Made by a program: the position numbers and the translations under genes. From positions 66,548 through 130,547 of the forward strand of contig JAHLWZ010000113.1 of assembly GCA_020536535.1 (NCBI GenBank): a DNA stretch of 64,000 nt, given 5' to 3'. This document shows positions 46,501 to 60,800 of the stretch, one piece after another; the stretch's first letter is position 1; every line of letters starts with the position of its first letter. The notes beneath the pieces are model-generated. The model searched no databases and had not been told where the DNA came from. It saw only the letters and a program-made list of their open reading frames with translations. Source of the DNA: Pelomyxa schiedti (Eukaryota > Protista > Evosea).

Positions 46501-49500
46501 ATGAAGGGTGTTTTGGGCGTGGTTGTGGTTGGTTTCGTTGTTGGTGTGTCTTTCTACGCCGCGATTGTGTTGATTGATTAATTTAATCATTGTAGGTTTG
46601 GCAAGTGCTTTGATACCCAGCCCGGTTGGTCTTAGGGTACAAGGACTGACCCAAGACAATGCCTTGGGTATCTTTTTTCTTTCTTTCTTTTCTTCTTTTA
46701 GTTGCAACACTTTTTGTTTTTTTAACCTGGAACTCTATTTTCTTGCAGGCATTGGTGTGAAGAATCCAACCTTCTCTTGGAAACTGCCACTTCCATCCAA
46801 GAAGGATTACGCTAACACTCCTGCATCCTGCCAGGTTGGTTCGCTGGTTATTTTTATTTTCATATTTATGACGGGCTAAGGTTATTGTTTCATTGTCTGA
46901 TGGAACAACCGTTTGGAATAGTGGCGAAGTTGCTTTGCCATCACACAAACAAAGCCTGGAGTACAAGGGTCCAGATTTACTCTCTGCTCACACCTATACC
47001 TGGACAGTGCGCTGGTGGAACACTGATGGGGAAGTATCTCCATGGAGCCAACGTTTTAGGTAAGTTACTACCCAGCTCTCTGCCATGCTCTAATCGCTTT
47101 TGCAAAAGATTTGGTACTGGTTTACTTAATGATGTTGATTGGAGTGCCCAGTGGATCACGGGGTACAACATGTTTCGAAAAGGTCACCATACAACTTTTC
47201 ACATGGAAATTGAGTTACACCTGGACAGACTTCACGCTTTCAGCCGGCTATGGAGAAGTTAAAGTTTTTCTCTGTGGACTTGGATATTATGAGCTTTGGG
47301 TAAATGGTGCACGTGTTGGTGACTCTGTTCTTGACCCTGGTTGGACTGTATACAATAAAAGGTAAACCCGAAAATAGGAATCTACCTAACATGTTTTTCC
47401 TCTCCAGATCACTTTATACTACTTATGATATAACTGATTTAGTAATGACTGGAACAAATGCAATTGGTGTTCTTCTGGGTAGAGGTAGTTCACTGGGACT
47501 TATTGAGCGTATCTAATTAAATCGTCTTACAGGCTGGTGGGGACAAGATCCGAATTTTAACCAAGATCCTGTGTTGATTCTACAGGTGTGACTATTTAAC
47601 AATTAGGCTCCTAATTGGCAAAAGGTTGCTGTTGATGGCGTTACTTCCGTTATTACAGATACAACTTGGAAAGGCGCAGCCTCTCCAATAACTAGTGATT
47701 CTATCTACAATGGGGAAACATATGATGCTAGGTGCTCAGCAAATTAATGCTCTACTTCATTCACACTCTACATAGACTGGAGAAACCTGGCTGGGCAAAC
47801 CCTAACTTCGATGACAGCACCTGGTCTACTGCTAAGAGCTCAAGTGGTCCTGGAGGGTCCCTCCTTGCTCAAGCAATTCCTCCAATCAAGTTTGGCTTTT
47901 GTGTGCTTCAAAACTTAACAATCACATCACAGGCGTATGGCCTGGTTATCTGCTGGCTCTATTTCCACTCCTAAATCTGGAGTATATGTCTATGATTTTG
48001 AACAAAATTTCAGTGGGTGGTGTGTTCTGAATGTCACTGGTGCTAGTGGAACAACTGTAACTCTCAGGTGCACTATTAGTACCATCAAGTATAATTAACT
48101 CTTTTAGACATGCAGAAATCATTAACTCTGATGGTACCATATACGTTGATAACCTCCGTTCCGGTCAGTGCCCAACTTTGTGTGCCTATTTCTCACTCAG
48201 CTTTTTCTTTAGCTGCTGCTACAGACACATACATTTTGAAGGGGAGTGGGGACTGGGAGATATATGAACCTAGATTCACTTATCATGGCTTCAGGTTCAC
48301 TCACAACCAATGAAGTATTTCTCAGCTTTCATTTAGATTTGTGGAATTGACGGGCTATAACAATCCGACACTTGAAACTCTTCAATGCACTCATGTCTAT
48401 TCCAGTGTAGAAGCTGTTGGTGAAGTAGTATTTTCTGACAGTGTTCTCAACCAAATTCAACACAACATTCATTGGGGACAAGAATCCAACTTAATGAGTA
48501 TTCCAACTGACTGCTGTCAAGTATGTCTTCACTTGAATTGAGTGTACCTAATATACTCCAAGAGAGATGAGAGATTGGGTTGGATGGCTGATGCCGAATT
48601 GTCCTCAGAGGAAGCAATTCACAACTATGACATGCAAAGGTATGGAAATCAATCTACTTGATTCTCCTTATTTTACCCAGTTTTTACACCAATTTCGCTG
48701 CCGATATTCTCAACGAACAAGTTTCAAGCGGTGCTGTTCCAGATACAGTTCCGTACATTTGGGGCAGTATCCCCGCAGATCCTGCCTGGGGTTCTGGTTT
48801 GTATCTTTACTTAGCTTTCTGTATGTGAAGAAAAGAAAAGAATTCCCTCACTCGATCTACTGGCTTTGGAAGTACTATGGAGATACTGATATCGTAGCTA
48901 CTAACTACGCAGCAGTGAAGAATTATGTTGATTTCCTTACGACCCAAGCCTCAAATGGTAATACTCACAACTAACCTGTCACCGCTAATATTTCTTCACC
49001 TTCCAGGTCTTGGTAACTTCTATGGTTATTATGGTGATTGGTGTCCCCCTCCACCCTCACCAGAATGTTCGATATCTTATACCTCTTCCTACTACTACAT
49101 AATGAACATTGGGTTGCTCTGTGAGATGGCTGACATGCTTGGAAAAACTGATGACTACCAAACTTACACACAACTGAAGTCCACTCAAATTGAAGCAGTT
49201 AATCCGCTAACCCATTTCAAACTCCTTTCTCATTGTTTTTGTGATTGATAGTTCAACTCTGCCTTCAAAAGAGACTTGACATACAATATTGGTGTTCAAA
49301 CAACACAAGCACTGGCACTTGACCTGGGAGCAGTACCTTCGACGGAAATAAAAAATGTTACTTACAACCTTTTGGATGATATTTGGGATCAAGACACGTA
49401 AGTTTTATCTTTTCTAGTGAAACTTTCACCCTCCCCAGGCATGTGACAACAGGAATTATTGGTGTGAAAGTACTTATGGAGCAGCTTAGCAAAAGTGGGA

Positions 49501-51165
49501 GGACTGACACAGCATTGGCCCTTGCTCAGCAAACAACATATCCTTCTTGGGGTTATATGTTCCAACAAACTGCTGAAACGCCTGCTGTGAGTTATAAATG
49601 ACACTCCAAAGCACTAACCCATCTTTAAAATACCAGACTACCCTCTGGGAGCTGTGGGATTCACCACGGGAAGGATCGGGCATGAATAGCAGAAATCATG
49701 TTTGTGCCATGATCTTTTGTAGCTATCCTCTAACATGTTGCAGATAATGTTTGGTAGTGTTGGTGCGTGGTTTTATAAGTATTTAGCTGGTATCACACAG
49801 GACGCTGACTCAGCAGGGTTTGTTACACACAGTATCTTTCAAATCTCATTGGATTTACAGATTCGAGCACATTATTATAAATCCTCCGCAGTCCCGTGTG
49901 ATTGCGCACTCTACACTTGCAAATGTTTCTGCACACACAGCTTTTGCAGGTAAAGATATCTCCGTTTCATGGTCACATCAGGTAGCATATTTCTGGCAGG
50001 AGGCCAGGCCGTGGCTAACTAATACCTAAAGGGAGGAACTCAGTGCAGAGAAGCCCCTGAGAATCGTGCCGTTAGTATGTGGTGTGGAGATGGCGGAGTC
50101 ATTTCTTCCATTACATTTGCCAGCTTTGGAACACCAACCGGTTTGTTTGAAAGACACCCAACCCCGTTTAAGAGGAAAAAGGCGAATGTGGGCATTATTC
50201 AATCAATTCCAAGTGCCATTCCGCAAATTCGAGCACTGTGATGTCCTCTTGCATTGGGAAGTCTTATTGTGAGATTGAGGCAAGCAATACTGAATTTGGT
50301 GGAGACCCATGCTATGACACAGTGAAGAAGCTCATTGTTCAGTTTACTTGCTCCAACTCTGAAAGTTGTACTTATAGGAATCTCTTTCCTGTTGTATTTA
50401 CTCCTTTGTTACAGCGTACAAACTTACAACGTCAATTCCTACTGGAAGTGATGCCGTAGTCCATATTGCAAAACTAGATTTTTCTGATCTCGTCGTTTAT
50501 GATGGTGATGTGCCTATCTGGAAGAATGGTGTGCAAGTTTTTTTTTCCCCCACCCCAATATCATTCTCAAATTCCTTTCAAATTACAGGGCAGTTAATTC
50601 CGGGCGCTCCAGGAATTCTATCTGCAACAAGCACACCTTTGGATATTGCCCTTTCTGTATCATCTGGCGAATATGAGTTCAGCACTTACGGAACAAGCGG
50701 CACAGTGATTTGCTCAGTCACTGCCGAGGTTTTTTCCTTTTCCTTTTTCGTTTTGCATTTTCTCTGTTGTCCTCTTCTCAGAAATGAACCTCACTTCTTC
50801 TACCATACCCACTCACTTTGTACATCCAGGACTCCACCGCCGTAATGCAGTGCCCTACCGGTTACATCATATCAACAATATCCTTTGCTTCTTTCGGAAC
50901 CCCCACCTATACTGCCGGCACTTGTTCTTCGTATCAGCTTAGCACCTCTTGCCATGCTGGATCCTCTGTTGCTGCTGTTGAAGACTTCTGCCTTGGCAAC
51001 AACATGTACGGCAACATTCCGATATCCTTATTCTAATAAGCCAAACCATCAACTAACCTCATATTAAGGTGCGAGATTTCCGTCCAGGACGATCTCTTTG
51101 GAGATCCATGCTACGGAACACTCAAGTGGCTTGCAGTTGAAGCAATTTGCACCACCAATTCGTAG
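46501..51165 (+). CDS. Secreted alpha-L-rhamnosidase (GH78) with two C-terminal SUEL/Gal-lectin domains
   Basis: GLGYYELWVNG..VGDSVLDPGWT, IYNGETYDAR, YDFEQNFSGW, RFTYHGFR, IPTDCCQRDERLGWMADA, YGDWCPP, TTGIIG, PSWGYM, TTLWELW, NHIMFG. Lectin repeats FASFGTP...FGGDPC occur twice. Confidence 0.92.
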
Positions 51166-51387
51166 ACCACTGTGATGGAATAATAACTTATATTGTCATA
51201 CTGCAGTTGTTTTTTGGTGTGGTGTAGAACGCCTGTAGTTCTAACTTTTCCTTTTTTCCAATTTCGAGCAGTAAGTCTAAGCTCATACCAGTTTCTGTTG
51301 AGGGCTTAGTTTAAGTATTGTGCTTCAACTAAAAAAAAGACATTTCTTTGTTCAATCACTTATTTCTTTTTATTTTTGGTTGGCGAC

Positions 51388-52962
51388 CTAGAACCCTTCC
51401 TCTTGCTTTTCAAGGTCGTAGGGGTCTGGGTTGTCAAAATGTGCTGGTTTCCCAGCCATCAGAATGTCCAACATCTGCGCCATGGAATACTGGGAATTGG
51501 GTTCCCTGGCCTTAATGAAGCCGGAGAGTGGTGGAGGTTCTTGAGGCAATGGTGTGGTAAAGAAATAGGGATCCACGAGAGCCTGACATGACAGGTTAGT
51601 TCAGTGAATTGTGGGAAACTGGCTGACCTGTGCAGCAGACAATCTGGAATCAGGGTTGTAAACCAGCAGTTTGGAAATAAGGTCAATGGCTCCTTGTGAG
51701 CATCGCGGAATTACATCCCTGAACGGGGTGGCAGCAAGTGGACTGAACACTAGCTTGTTGAAATCGGGAAGTGCTTGGACACCCTAAATCCAACAAATCA
51801 GATTAACTTGAAAACTGTGAGACTATTTACGGGCCAGTTTTGTACTGTGGGAGTTCCAAGTATTTGCACAATTTTAAACAACTGGTCTATGTCAGTTTCT
51901 AAAAAAAAAGTGTTACAAAATTAAAATGCTGTTGAGTACTCCATACCACCTGGAAAGAGGGGCTCTCCGCATAGGAGCTCCACAAATACACACCCCAATG
52001 CCCAAATATCAATCCCAAAGTCATACCTCTGTGCACCAAGCAGTAACTCTGGAGCCTTGTACCACCTAAGAAGCGTGGAAGCACAATAAAGGCACGAGTT
52101 TTAATAAACCTTGTTGCAACTTGGTTTGTCATCAACTCCTCTTGCCCTCCAATGGTACACCGTGGCAATGCCCGTGCCAAGCCAAAGTCAGCAATGACAA
52201 GGCGCCCAGTGTCATCCAAAAGGATGTTTGAAGGTTTTATATCCTTATTTTGCTCAACAATGAGAATGCCACACTGGCACAGAGAAATTTGCATACTCTG
52301 TGAACAACGCCGTGAAGATGACAATAAGCGAGACCTCTTAGTATGAGTCTCAAGAAATATTTCGCGCATGCCTCTGGCACATCCCACTGCTTGAGAACCT
52401 GACAGAGTGTGTCACCATTACTCTTTTTCCCCTTCGGATTTCCTCTCACACTTGGTCTAAATCGTATGGCATAAATTCAAGGACCACTGTAATGCTGAAT
52501 GGCTTCGCAACAGTATCGTACAGTTTCACAATGTTAGGGTGCCTCAATGCCTAGCAAAACAAAAACAAAAACAAAAACAAAAACAAAAAAGAAAGAAAGG
52601 AAAAGCAGAGTCAAGAATTGAGAAAAAAGAAGCGGGGAAGAAAAGCATACCATAAGTGCGGTGATCTCCCTGTGAACGGCCACGTTTGATTGCAACAACG
52701 ACCTCGGGCACCGTGCCGGGACTTGGTCCCCACGGCCGTCGTTGAGGCTGCAGCTGCCAACCAGCGTAGTCGTGGTGGCGGCGGTGGTGGTGCACTTGAC
52801 CTTCTTTAGTGCGCACAACATCCCGTCAGCGTTGCGCCGTGCCTTCTTTACAGTGGCGTAGGCCCCGTCACCAATCACTCCCAGCACTGTGTACTCCCCC
52901 TGCTCCTCGTTGTTGTTGTTGCTTGCGTGCCCTGGGACACACTCAGCCGTTTCGGGTCTCAT
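51388..52962 (-). CDS. Cyclin-dependent kinase, CDK20/CCRK-like
   Basis: [68 protein letters not shown]. The 3' end may extend by one more exon. Confidence 0.85.
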
Positions 52963-53208
52963 TCCTTTCGGTTATTTATCTGAATCACACAATCAGAAAA
53001 AGCAGCAGCCTCCAGATTCTCCTCTGGTCTGTGTGATGCCAGCCAAAAGGATGCGAGGAGGCTCCCTGCAGCAGTACCTGTGTGAGCTTCTCGTGTGGCA
53101 CACCTCGACACGCCTGGATCTTAAAAAAAAAAATGTGTTCCTCTGATGTCTTTGTTCTTTCGAGAATCATCACAATGATCTCAATTTCTTTTTGGCTTGT
53201 AATGATCT

Positions 53209-55230
53209 ATGAGCAGCGGTGTGGTTCGTAGTAAAGCGGGGACGGTGTTAGCGGAGAAGTTCTGTTTGTGTTTGGATCTAATCCTTCGGGTTTGTTTGAT
53301 TTGCCGAGTACGTGTCATTAATGCGCAGCACTGCAATTAGAATGCAGATGTCTGCAAGGAGGAGTCTTTTTGGTCCGACTTCTTCATGTTGAAAGTAAAT
53401 TCTGGATATATTCAATCCGTGCTTTCTCGTATGTCACCTGACGTGTTGGCGGCAAATAAGGTTTTTCTTCCATTGCTTTCCGCTATTTCGGTATTCCTAA
53501 ATTCTTGGCCAAGGCACACATCAACATGTTATTTTCCAAATGCTGCGATATGGTGAATAAAAGTGACAGTACACGGAGCCTGCGTGCATTAGAGGTTCCA
53601 TTTCAGCATACTTTGGAGTTAGAATTTATTTTTCACTTAAATTTTTTGTGACAACAAAAACTTCAGCTCCTCTGTCCCCTGTTTAACACTATGTTGCATC
53701 TCAGCTTTGCTTCAGCCCAGTTTGGTTACAGTGCAATCGATGTTATTTGTGGGTCACATATAAACTCCTTCAATGTTTATCCCTTTTTCCCCTACCAATA
53801 GTAAAGTATTTCACTAGAGCCTTCTACTTTCACTTAAGAAGACCTTGGACCATACCTACACAGTGGTGCAAAATCCTATTGATGGTGACCACTCAACCTA
53901 ATACTTCTCTTTAACATTTATTTAGACCTGTCCGCGAAGTTGAAACCATTGTGTCTAAAGTTATTACTTACGGTATTTTATAGTCTCGCCTTTTTAAAAA
54001 CTCAGGGTACACCTTTAGATAATACAAGCATCTAACAACTTGAACCAAAATACTCTGGTTCAGTATCTAATGCTTGTGGATATGTTCAGTAGTGTTATAT
54101 CGGTACCATGATTTCACGATAGCTCTTTATGGAATTTACACATTCTAGACAATTAAAACTGCCACATTTGGGCCTCCATGTGAAGAAAATTTTTTAATTC
54201 TTTGTTCCTCAGTTGCAGTAGCTGCAGCTCTTACTAACTACCGTCGCTATGAATCAACAAACCCCTACCTTGTACAACTGCAAACACTATCAGATCCTCT
54301 GGCCTTGCGGGTACCTTTTTTGCCAATTACCTTCCATTGGTTTCATTAACCACCATAAAGGCTGTTGCACACTCTTTCACAATGGCTTTTGATTCTGTGA
54401 ATAGGTAAATATAATTCCAATTTAGTTCGCTTCTTTTCACTTAATCTGGCTCCAAGGCTACATGTTCTTACCTACAGCAATTCTAGCCCTTTTTACTCTT
54501 GGATATTTGGATCGACTCCCGCCTCCATCAAGATTACACCAACTCTTTCCACATCTACCGAAACATTACCCACTACTCAAAGTACCACAACAACCTCCAC
54601 TCCACAGTCCGCACCTACTAGTACTACACCTGCCGAAACTGTCCTCACAGTAAAGGATGAACAAAGCCTGCTTGCCTTTGTTGGTTCATCTTTGTTACTC
54701 CTGCGTGATTTGTTGCAATCCAACCCACACTTCCCTGACACACTGGTCTCCTTTGAAGGTGACTTTTTCNNNNNNNNNNNNNNNNNNNNNNNNNNNNNNN
54801 NNNNNNNNNNNNNNNNNNNNNNNNNNNNNNNNNNNNNNNNNNNNNNNNNNNNNNNNNNNNNNNNNNNNNAGTAAAGGATGAACAAAGCCTGCTTGCCTTT
54901 GTTGGTTCATCTTTGTTACTCCTGCGTGATTTGTTGCAATCCAACCCACACTTCCCTGACACACTGGTCTCCTTTGAAGGTGACTTTTTCCCAATAGTAG
55001 TGCAGCTCCTAACTGTCACTACAGCCGCACTGCTTGGACAAGTTGTGCAATTCTTGAGTTTTCTTACTGTTACAGCTCCCTCAAACGTGACTCTTTCTTA
55101 TACACAAATATGTTACGTTGTTCTTTTGGGAGCAATGAAGGCAGTCCCGCAGTTATTTTTGTCTGAGAGTCAACCTCTTGACCTATTTTCATTGGTCTTC
55201 TTCACATTCGTCTTCATTATACGGCGTTGA
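53209..55230 (+). CDS. ARMH3/C10orf76-like armadillo helical protein (apparently C-terminally truncated)
   Basis: FWSDFFMLKVN, HINMLFSKC, KPLCLKLLL, QNTLVQYLM and NYRRYESTNPYLVQL match the ARMH3 N-terminal half. The gene spans an assembly gap. Confidence 0.75.
54770..54869. other. Assembly gap (100 N) flanked by an identical ~120-bp duplication
   Basis: 54650-54769 is repeated immediately after the gap (54871-54990). Confidence 0.95.
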
Positions 55231-56417
55231 AAATCTTGAATAATGTTAAATTAATATTAATTCAAAAACTTTTTCCTCACAAGACCCATAGAACAAATCT
55301 AAAATTTACGTGGAAGCTATACCAGGGGCTACAATTCTATGCAAACATGTATTAATACTCTGTAGAAAAAGACTATGGACTGTATTCAATGTAATGAGTA
55401 TCCCACTTTACTTGTATGTAGGGGTTGGGGCACCAAAACAACCACAGAAAATCCTTATAAAAAATGGTAACAAATCATAGAATAAATGAACTTTTTAAAA
55501 AAAAAAAAGGAAACTTCTATCACTTCTACAAATCATCGTTTCCACTCTGAGAGAACAGCATTCCACAATCGATTTCGACTGGAGAACTCTTCTTGAAAGG
55601 CTATTTCTTTTGATGAAGTTTTTTTCTAGTGAAGAAATTTTCTCTCAACCCAACTCATTGTCTGTAATCATTAAGGTACTAGAGTTGAAAAATTACATGT
55701 GTGACTGATCTTTTTAGATTGTGAATCTTATCAACTACTTCATTACATATGGCGATTCATTTCTTAGGGATGCTGAGTACGATTGTTTGTTCTACGAAAT
55801 TGTGCGAAATTCATCGATAATAAATTCCATGTCACGTTCAGGCAAGTGCTCAAACTCCTTGATCCATGCAGATAATAACAACTGAGTAGTGCAAAGTCAC
55901 GGGAAAAATGAAGACCTACTTCTTGGAGTTTCTTTTGCCAATATGCGTAGTATCGCTGCTCATTTTGAGGCTTGCCTCGACAAGCTGGGACATGAAAGCT
56001 CTGAAGCAATGTCCTATGACGAAGTAAGCCAGCTTTTCCAGTAAAAATTCAAAACTAAGGGTGCTTTCAAAACCAGATTGTGAGCCTTCTCCGGTTGAAC
56101 TACTCCACCCTGAAGCTCACTTTCATTGATGCACCCAACCCAACCCAGCTGACATACCACGAGACACAATTTGACAGTGTTCTTTTCACCAATACACTCA
56201 ACCTCATACTATCCATGGGCCCACAACAGCACCCATAAAAACACCAAGTTCAAGGGTCCTGCACCATTCATTCTTCTCAAGGGGCTTTCTGCGGCCCGCT
56301 TCCATTTGTGAGTGAAAAATAGAGTTCACAGAACACAGAATCTCCTTCGTCCGCTGGGTTTTCCTGCTTGTGTTGGTGAGGTACTTGTTGCACTCTCTGT
56401 GCAACAAACATACCGAA

Positions 56418-57724
56418 ATGAAGAAGGGTAGGCTTTGTTGTGGGGTCGCTGTCCTCATGGCACTGAGCGTGGTTCCTTTGATTGTATTGAGCCCTCCTCG
56501 TCATTTGTATGACTATACTGGTGGTGAGAACGAGTTGTGGGAGAAACAACACAGCCTTTTGTTTTTTCCCCGACTATCTTTTACTCTTTTTTAGGGGCTT
56601 TGCAGGCACCAACTTTGGTGACTTCTTTCTTTGATATAGGAAGAGGTGAGGTGTCTGGGAAGTACTCTCGGTCCGTGGGCAAATACCTCTCTTGGCTGAA
56701 TGGTTGACTTATTGTGTAAAATTTGCAATACCCTTAAACTCCTCAAGATACTCTGAAGTTCAGTAATCCAATGGTGATATTTTGTGAAGAGGACGAAAAC
56801 AACATTCCAGAGTTTGTCAGGGTTAGTTCCAAAACAATATAAAGTACCCTGTGGTAACGGAATTTAACAACACAGCAAGTTAGAGGAAATCTTTCCACGA
56901 AAATCGTTATCCTACCAAATGGGAAAATGGACTGGGAACTTAGCTACCTACTAAAAAACGTTACCCTCTAGCCACTACTCTAACACTATATTCAATGTAA
57001 ACAAAGGTATCTGAAATTCTCAACTCTTCCGACTACAAAAGTAAAATGCCAAAATTATCGCGGATTGAGTGCTTTCTTCCATCCTATAGCATTCTCATGT
57101 TCCAGAAGTTTGTGTGGGTGATGAAGGTAGCCAATGAAAATCCCTTTAATACAAGTATATTTGCTTGGATTGATGCAGGAGCCAGTCGCTTCTGCTTGCG
57201 TTGCCAAGGTGTTACCAATAATGTTCTTACCTTTCCCCACAGATCTTGGCTTGAGTTTTTGAATGACGGAAAGGTTTTCATAACCAGTTCACAACAACCC
57301 CGTAATTCTGCTGTTTAGGTCACAATTCAAAGGCTAGGCTCCCTAATGAAAAAACCAGTCCACGACATAATGTGGAGTTCTTCTGTTCCAGTAGCCGGAA
57401 CTATCTGGGCAGGTTCATTCCCTTCACAGACCCACCCGAAACAACCAACCAAAAACAAGGCAACAAAAAGCTCACACAACCAAAACAGGAAACAAAGAAT
57501 CCGTGATTCAACTATGCGAAAAGGGCCTTGACTTTTTCATCTCGGAAATGCTCACACAGGAGCAGTGTGTCAACAATGACCAGATGGCACTTTATGCCGT
57601 GTGGCAAAGGAACCCCGGGCTTTTCCACACCATGTCAAGACACACTATGCTCCACACTGCAAAAACGTGGCTGCCTCTAATTGATAGGCTTCTGGCGCCA
57701 AAAACAAAACCCTGGTGGCAATAG
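56418..57724 (+). CDS. HtrL/YibB (WlaTC) family glycosyltransferase-like type II membrane protein
   Basis: N-terminal TM; VTSFFDIGRG..RSVGKYLSW, NPMVIFCE, KFVWVMKVANENPFNTSIFAWIDAG, VAGTIWAG, NNDQMAL. Confidence 0.85.
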
Positions 57725-57882
57725 CTTGCAAGCTATTCTCCTTGCCACTCTTCTCCCAAGTTGGCAACTTTTTTGATCACTCTCAACGGAAGAGCAGAAA
57801 AAACCGGGAAGAAACCCGGTTTTGGCAGTTTTGCTGGCACAAGGACAAGGGAAGAAAAAAATGCAACGTTTCAAACCAAAAA

Positions 57883-60800
57883 ATGGGCAACGCGATTGGG
57901 AAAAGGCGTCCGCCTGCTGGGGAGAGACAAAATACACCGGAAATTGTATCAGCCAAAACACCCCCAAAACAGCACAAACCCACAATTGGAGATTGCGTCC
58001 GCGTGGGTCCGCAGTACCCCATCCGCTCCTCTCCCGTCGTCACTGAAACAACTGGGACCCTTTTGGGCAGAATCACACGGCTAAATAGCAGTTGTGGGAA
58101 ATTTGTGACTGTGGAGTGGAGCTCTGGCCTGGTGGAGTCGAATCTAAGATTCGGAGAGAGGAGGAACTTCGATGTAGTCTATGCACCAAGTGTTGATGCA
58201 CCGGGAACAGGCTCCGCTGTTGATCCCATAACGGAGGCTTTAGCCTCAACTTCAAAGAGTTCCGAGGCGAAGGGCTGCATTCTGTGCAGGAACAAGAAGT
58301 TCATTGGACTCAGGGTTGTTAGGGGCCCACGTTGGAACCTGAACTGTCTGGTCGATTCATTTGGTGCCGGAACTATAATTCACGTTCACAAGCCGGGACT
58401 TGCAACTGTGAAATGGGACTCTGGAAGGTTGCTAGAGTGCCACTTCACTGGAACAGTATCTGAAGAGGCGGAAATTTTGCCTTTGATAGGTAGAATATTT
58501 CTTCGTGCTCTTTCCCTCACAAGTTCTTTAGTTTTGGAGCGCGACGCCAAGCTTCTCATAGGCTTAAGAGTGATGCGGGGACCTTCATGGAACTATGGAC
58601 TTGAAGATTCCTTTGGTCCAGGTGTTGTCACTGCGCTGGGGAACAACCCTCGTACTGTTGTTGTACTCTGGGACTCAAACACAAATGGATGTTACAGATG
58701 GGGTGAGGAAGGAAATTTCGACCTGTCCATTGCCCCTGAAGCTGGTGATTTCCCCTGCGTGTTCTTTTTCATTTTCCAACCGACGCAGGTGGGAACGCCT
58801 TCCCCGAAGAGTTGCTGAACAAGTCAGTTATCCGCGGCCCTAATTGGCAGTGGGGAGACGACGATGGGAACAGCGTCGGGCAAGTTATACTTTCTGAAAA
58901 AAACGAGAGAGGTTGGGTTTGTGTAAGATGGCAGCATGGCGCTACTGGATCATATCGCTGGGGTGCTTCTGGTTCCATTGACTTGGAACCTTGCCTTCCT
59001 TCTGGTATTTTTTTTTTTTTGACTTACGGAAAAACTTTACATGCGTTCATTTAACAATTCTGACAGGAGACAAGCTATTATCATCAAGTGAAATTGTAGG
59101 CAAGACGGTGGTTCGTGGCCCAGACTGGGAATACGGTAACCAAGACGAAAACGAGTCCGGAGTTGTAGTTTCTGTGCACCCAGAAGACACACAAGCAGTC
59201 CTCGTGCAATGGAAAAGCACCGATGCATGGGCCTATAGGTTTGGGGCCAGTGCTTGTTTTGATGTTTCACTGTCTACTACATCTGTACCAGCATTGCCCT
59301 CCACCTCAAATTCAACAACGGCACAAGGGAAAGGGCAACCGCAGCTTCCTGCACCGCAAGTAGCACCACGTATAGAAGCCACCCCTCCTCCCTCAGTACA
59401 ACCTGTGCAAGCTGTACAACCTGTAGCCAGAACACCTCAAACTCAACCACAGGCTCAACGGCAATCCATTTCTCCCTCGGTAAAGCCTGATCAGGACCTC
59501 TTGATTGAGATACTTGTTTCCTTTATTACCGCCACAGTCAATGAATTCAATTTGGGCATAAGCCCTAATCAAGCGTATGATTTGTGCCTCCAGCTTAAGG
59601 ATGTAGGATTTATTTGAGATGGATACCTCTATCTCTCCTCACTTCCAGTTTAGGTATGGGGAAATGCCAGGCTTCCAACTAGGGAAGAAGTCTCCAATGA
59701 TATCTTCTGCCTCTTAACAGGGGATGGGGATCTAACTTTGGTACGTGAACTCCATCAAGCACAGTCAGCCACAGGAGTGGCCAACTCGACTCTAGTCGAA
59801 ACAACAGGAAGTACTGCGACTTCTACAGCTACACCCACTGTATCCACGTCATCCTCTGCTTCTATTTCCAATTCTACTTTAACTTCAAAATCCACTACTT
59901 CCAACCCTGTTACTGCTACTTCTACCCCTTCTTCTACTTCCAACTCTGCTACTCCCACATCTACTGCTACTGCCACTTCCACTGCCTCTTCCACTTCCTG
60001 CTCCGCTACTTCCACTTCTGTATCTTCTACAGCCACCACATCTACCTCCACTTCCACTTCCACATCCAATTCAACTCCCACTTCCATCTCTTGCAGCAAA
60101 AAAATCTCCCCCAACATTCCTTTGTCACTCCCTTTAAATTTTGAAGAACAGACTGATGCTCTACGTCTTTTCTTGCCAGAGATCTCTGGACGAGTGTGCA
60201 ATACTCTTAAGTGATTTTCTTTAAGTTTCTTCTGCAGAGACTTGCTGCATACTGTCTTGAATTGAGCACATTGATAAAAGATACTGGATTTCCACTTTTG
60301 GATACTATCAAAGCCTTATTTCTTCTACTGTCATCTGCCAAAACCCTCCCCGCACTAGGTTTGTGACACTCCACTTAACCTCTCAAATCAACGCCTCGAA
60401 GAGGATATCATCGGAGAATTGTCGAATAGTGATGATTCGATTCCAGAGACTCACCCCAGGAAATGCTCATGGAACGAAATAGTTCGTGCACTTTTTGAAC
60501 GTATTAACACAGTCAATTCATTTACTCCTCTTAGACAAATAGAATCCGAATAGATGTGGGTTACAGGCCTTCATCTCCTCAGTATGGAGACCAAATTGCC
60601 AGAGAAGATTTCTCCACTCGCCGAGACGCTTTTATGAGTGCTCTTAAGAGAAGGCATGGGGAGGACAGGCAACGTGGATTCTTGATTGATTACATCACCA
60701 GTAACAGTAAAGGACTCCATCTAATTGGATCAACTCTTACTAGTATTTGTGTGTTTTTTTTTCAGCTACAAATATTAGTTATGACCCTGAGCGAACCATG

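Noticed and set aside
54650-54990. ~120-bp direct repeat (possible LTR or TSD)
   Set aside because: Identical copies directly flank a 100-N gap, so this is an unmerged contig overlap artefact.
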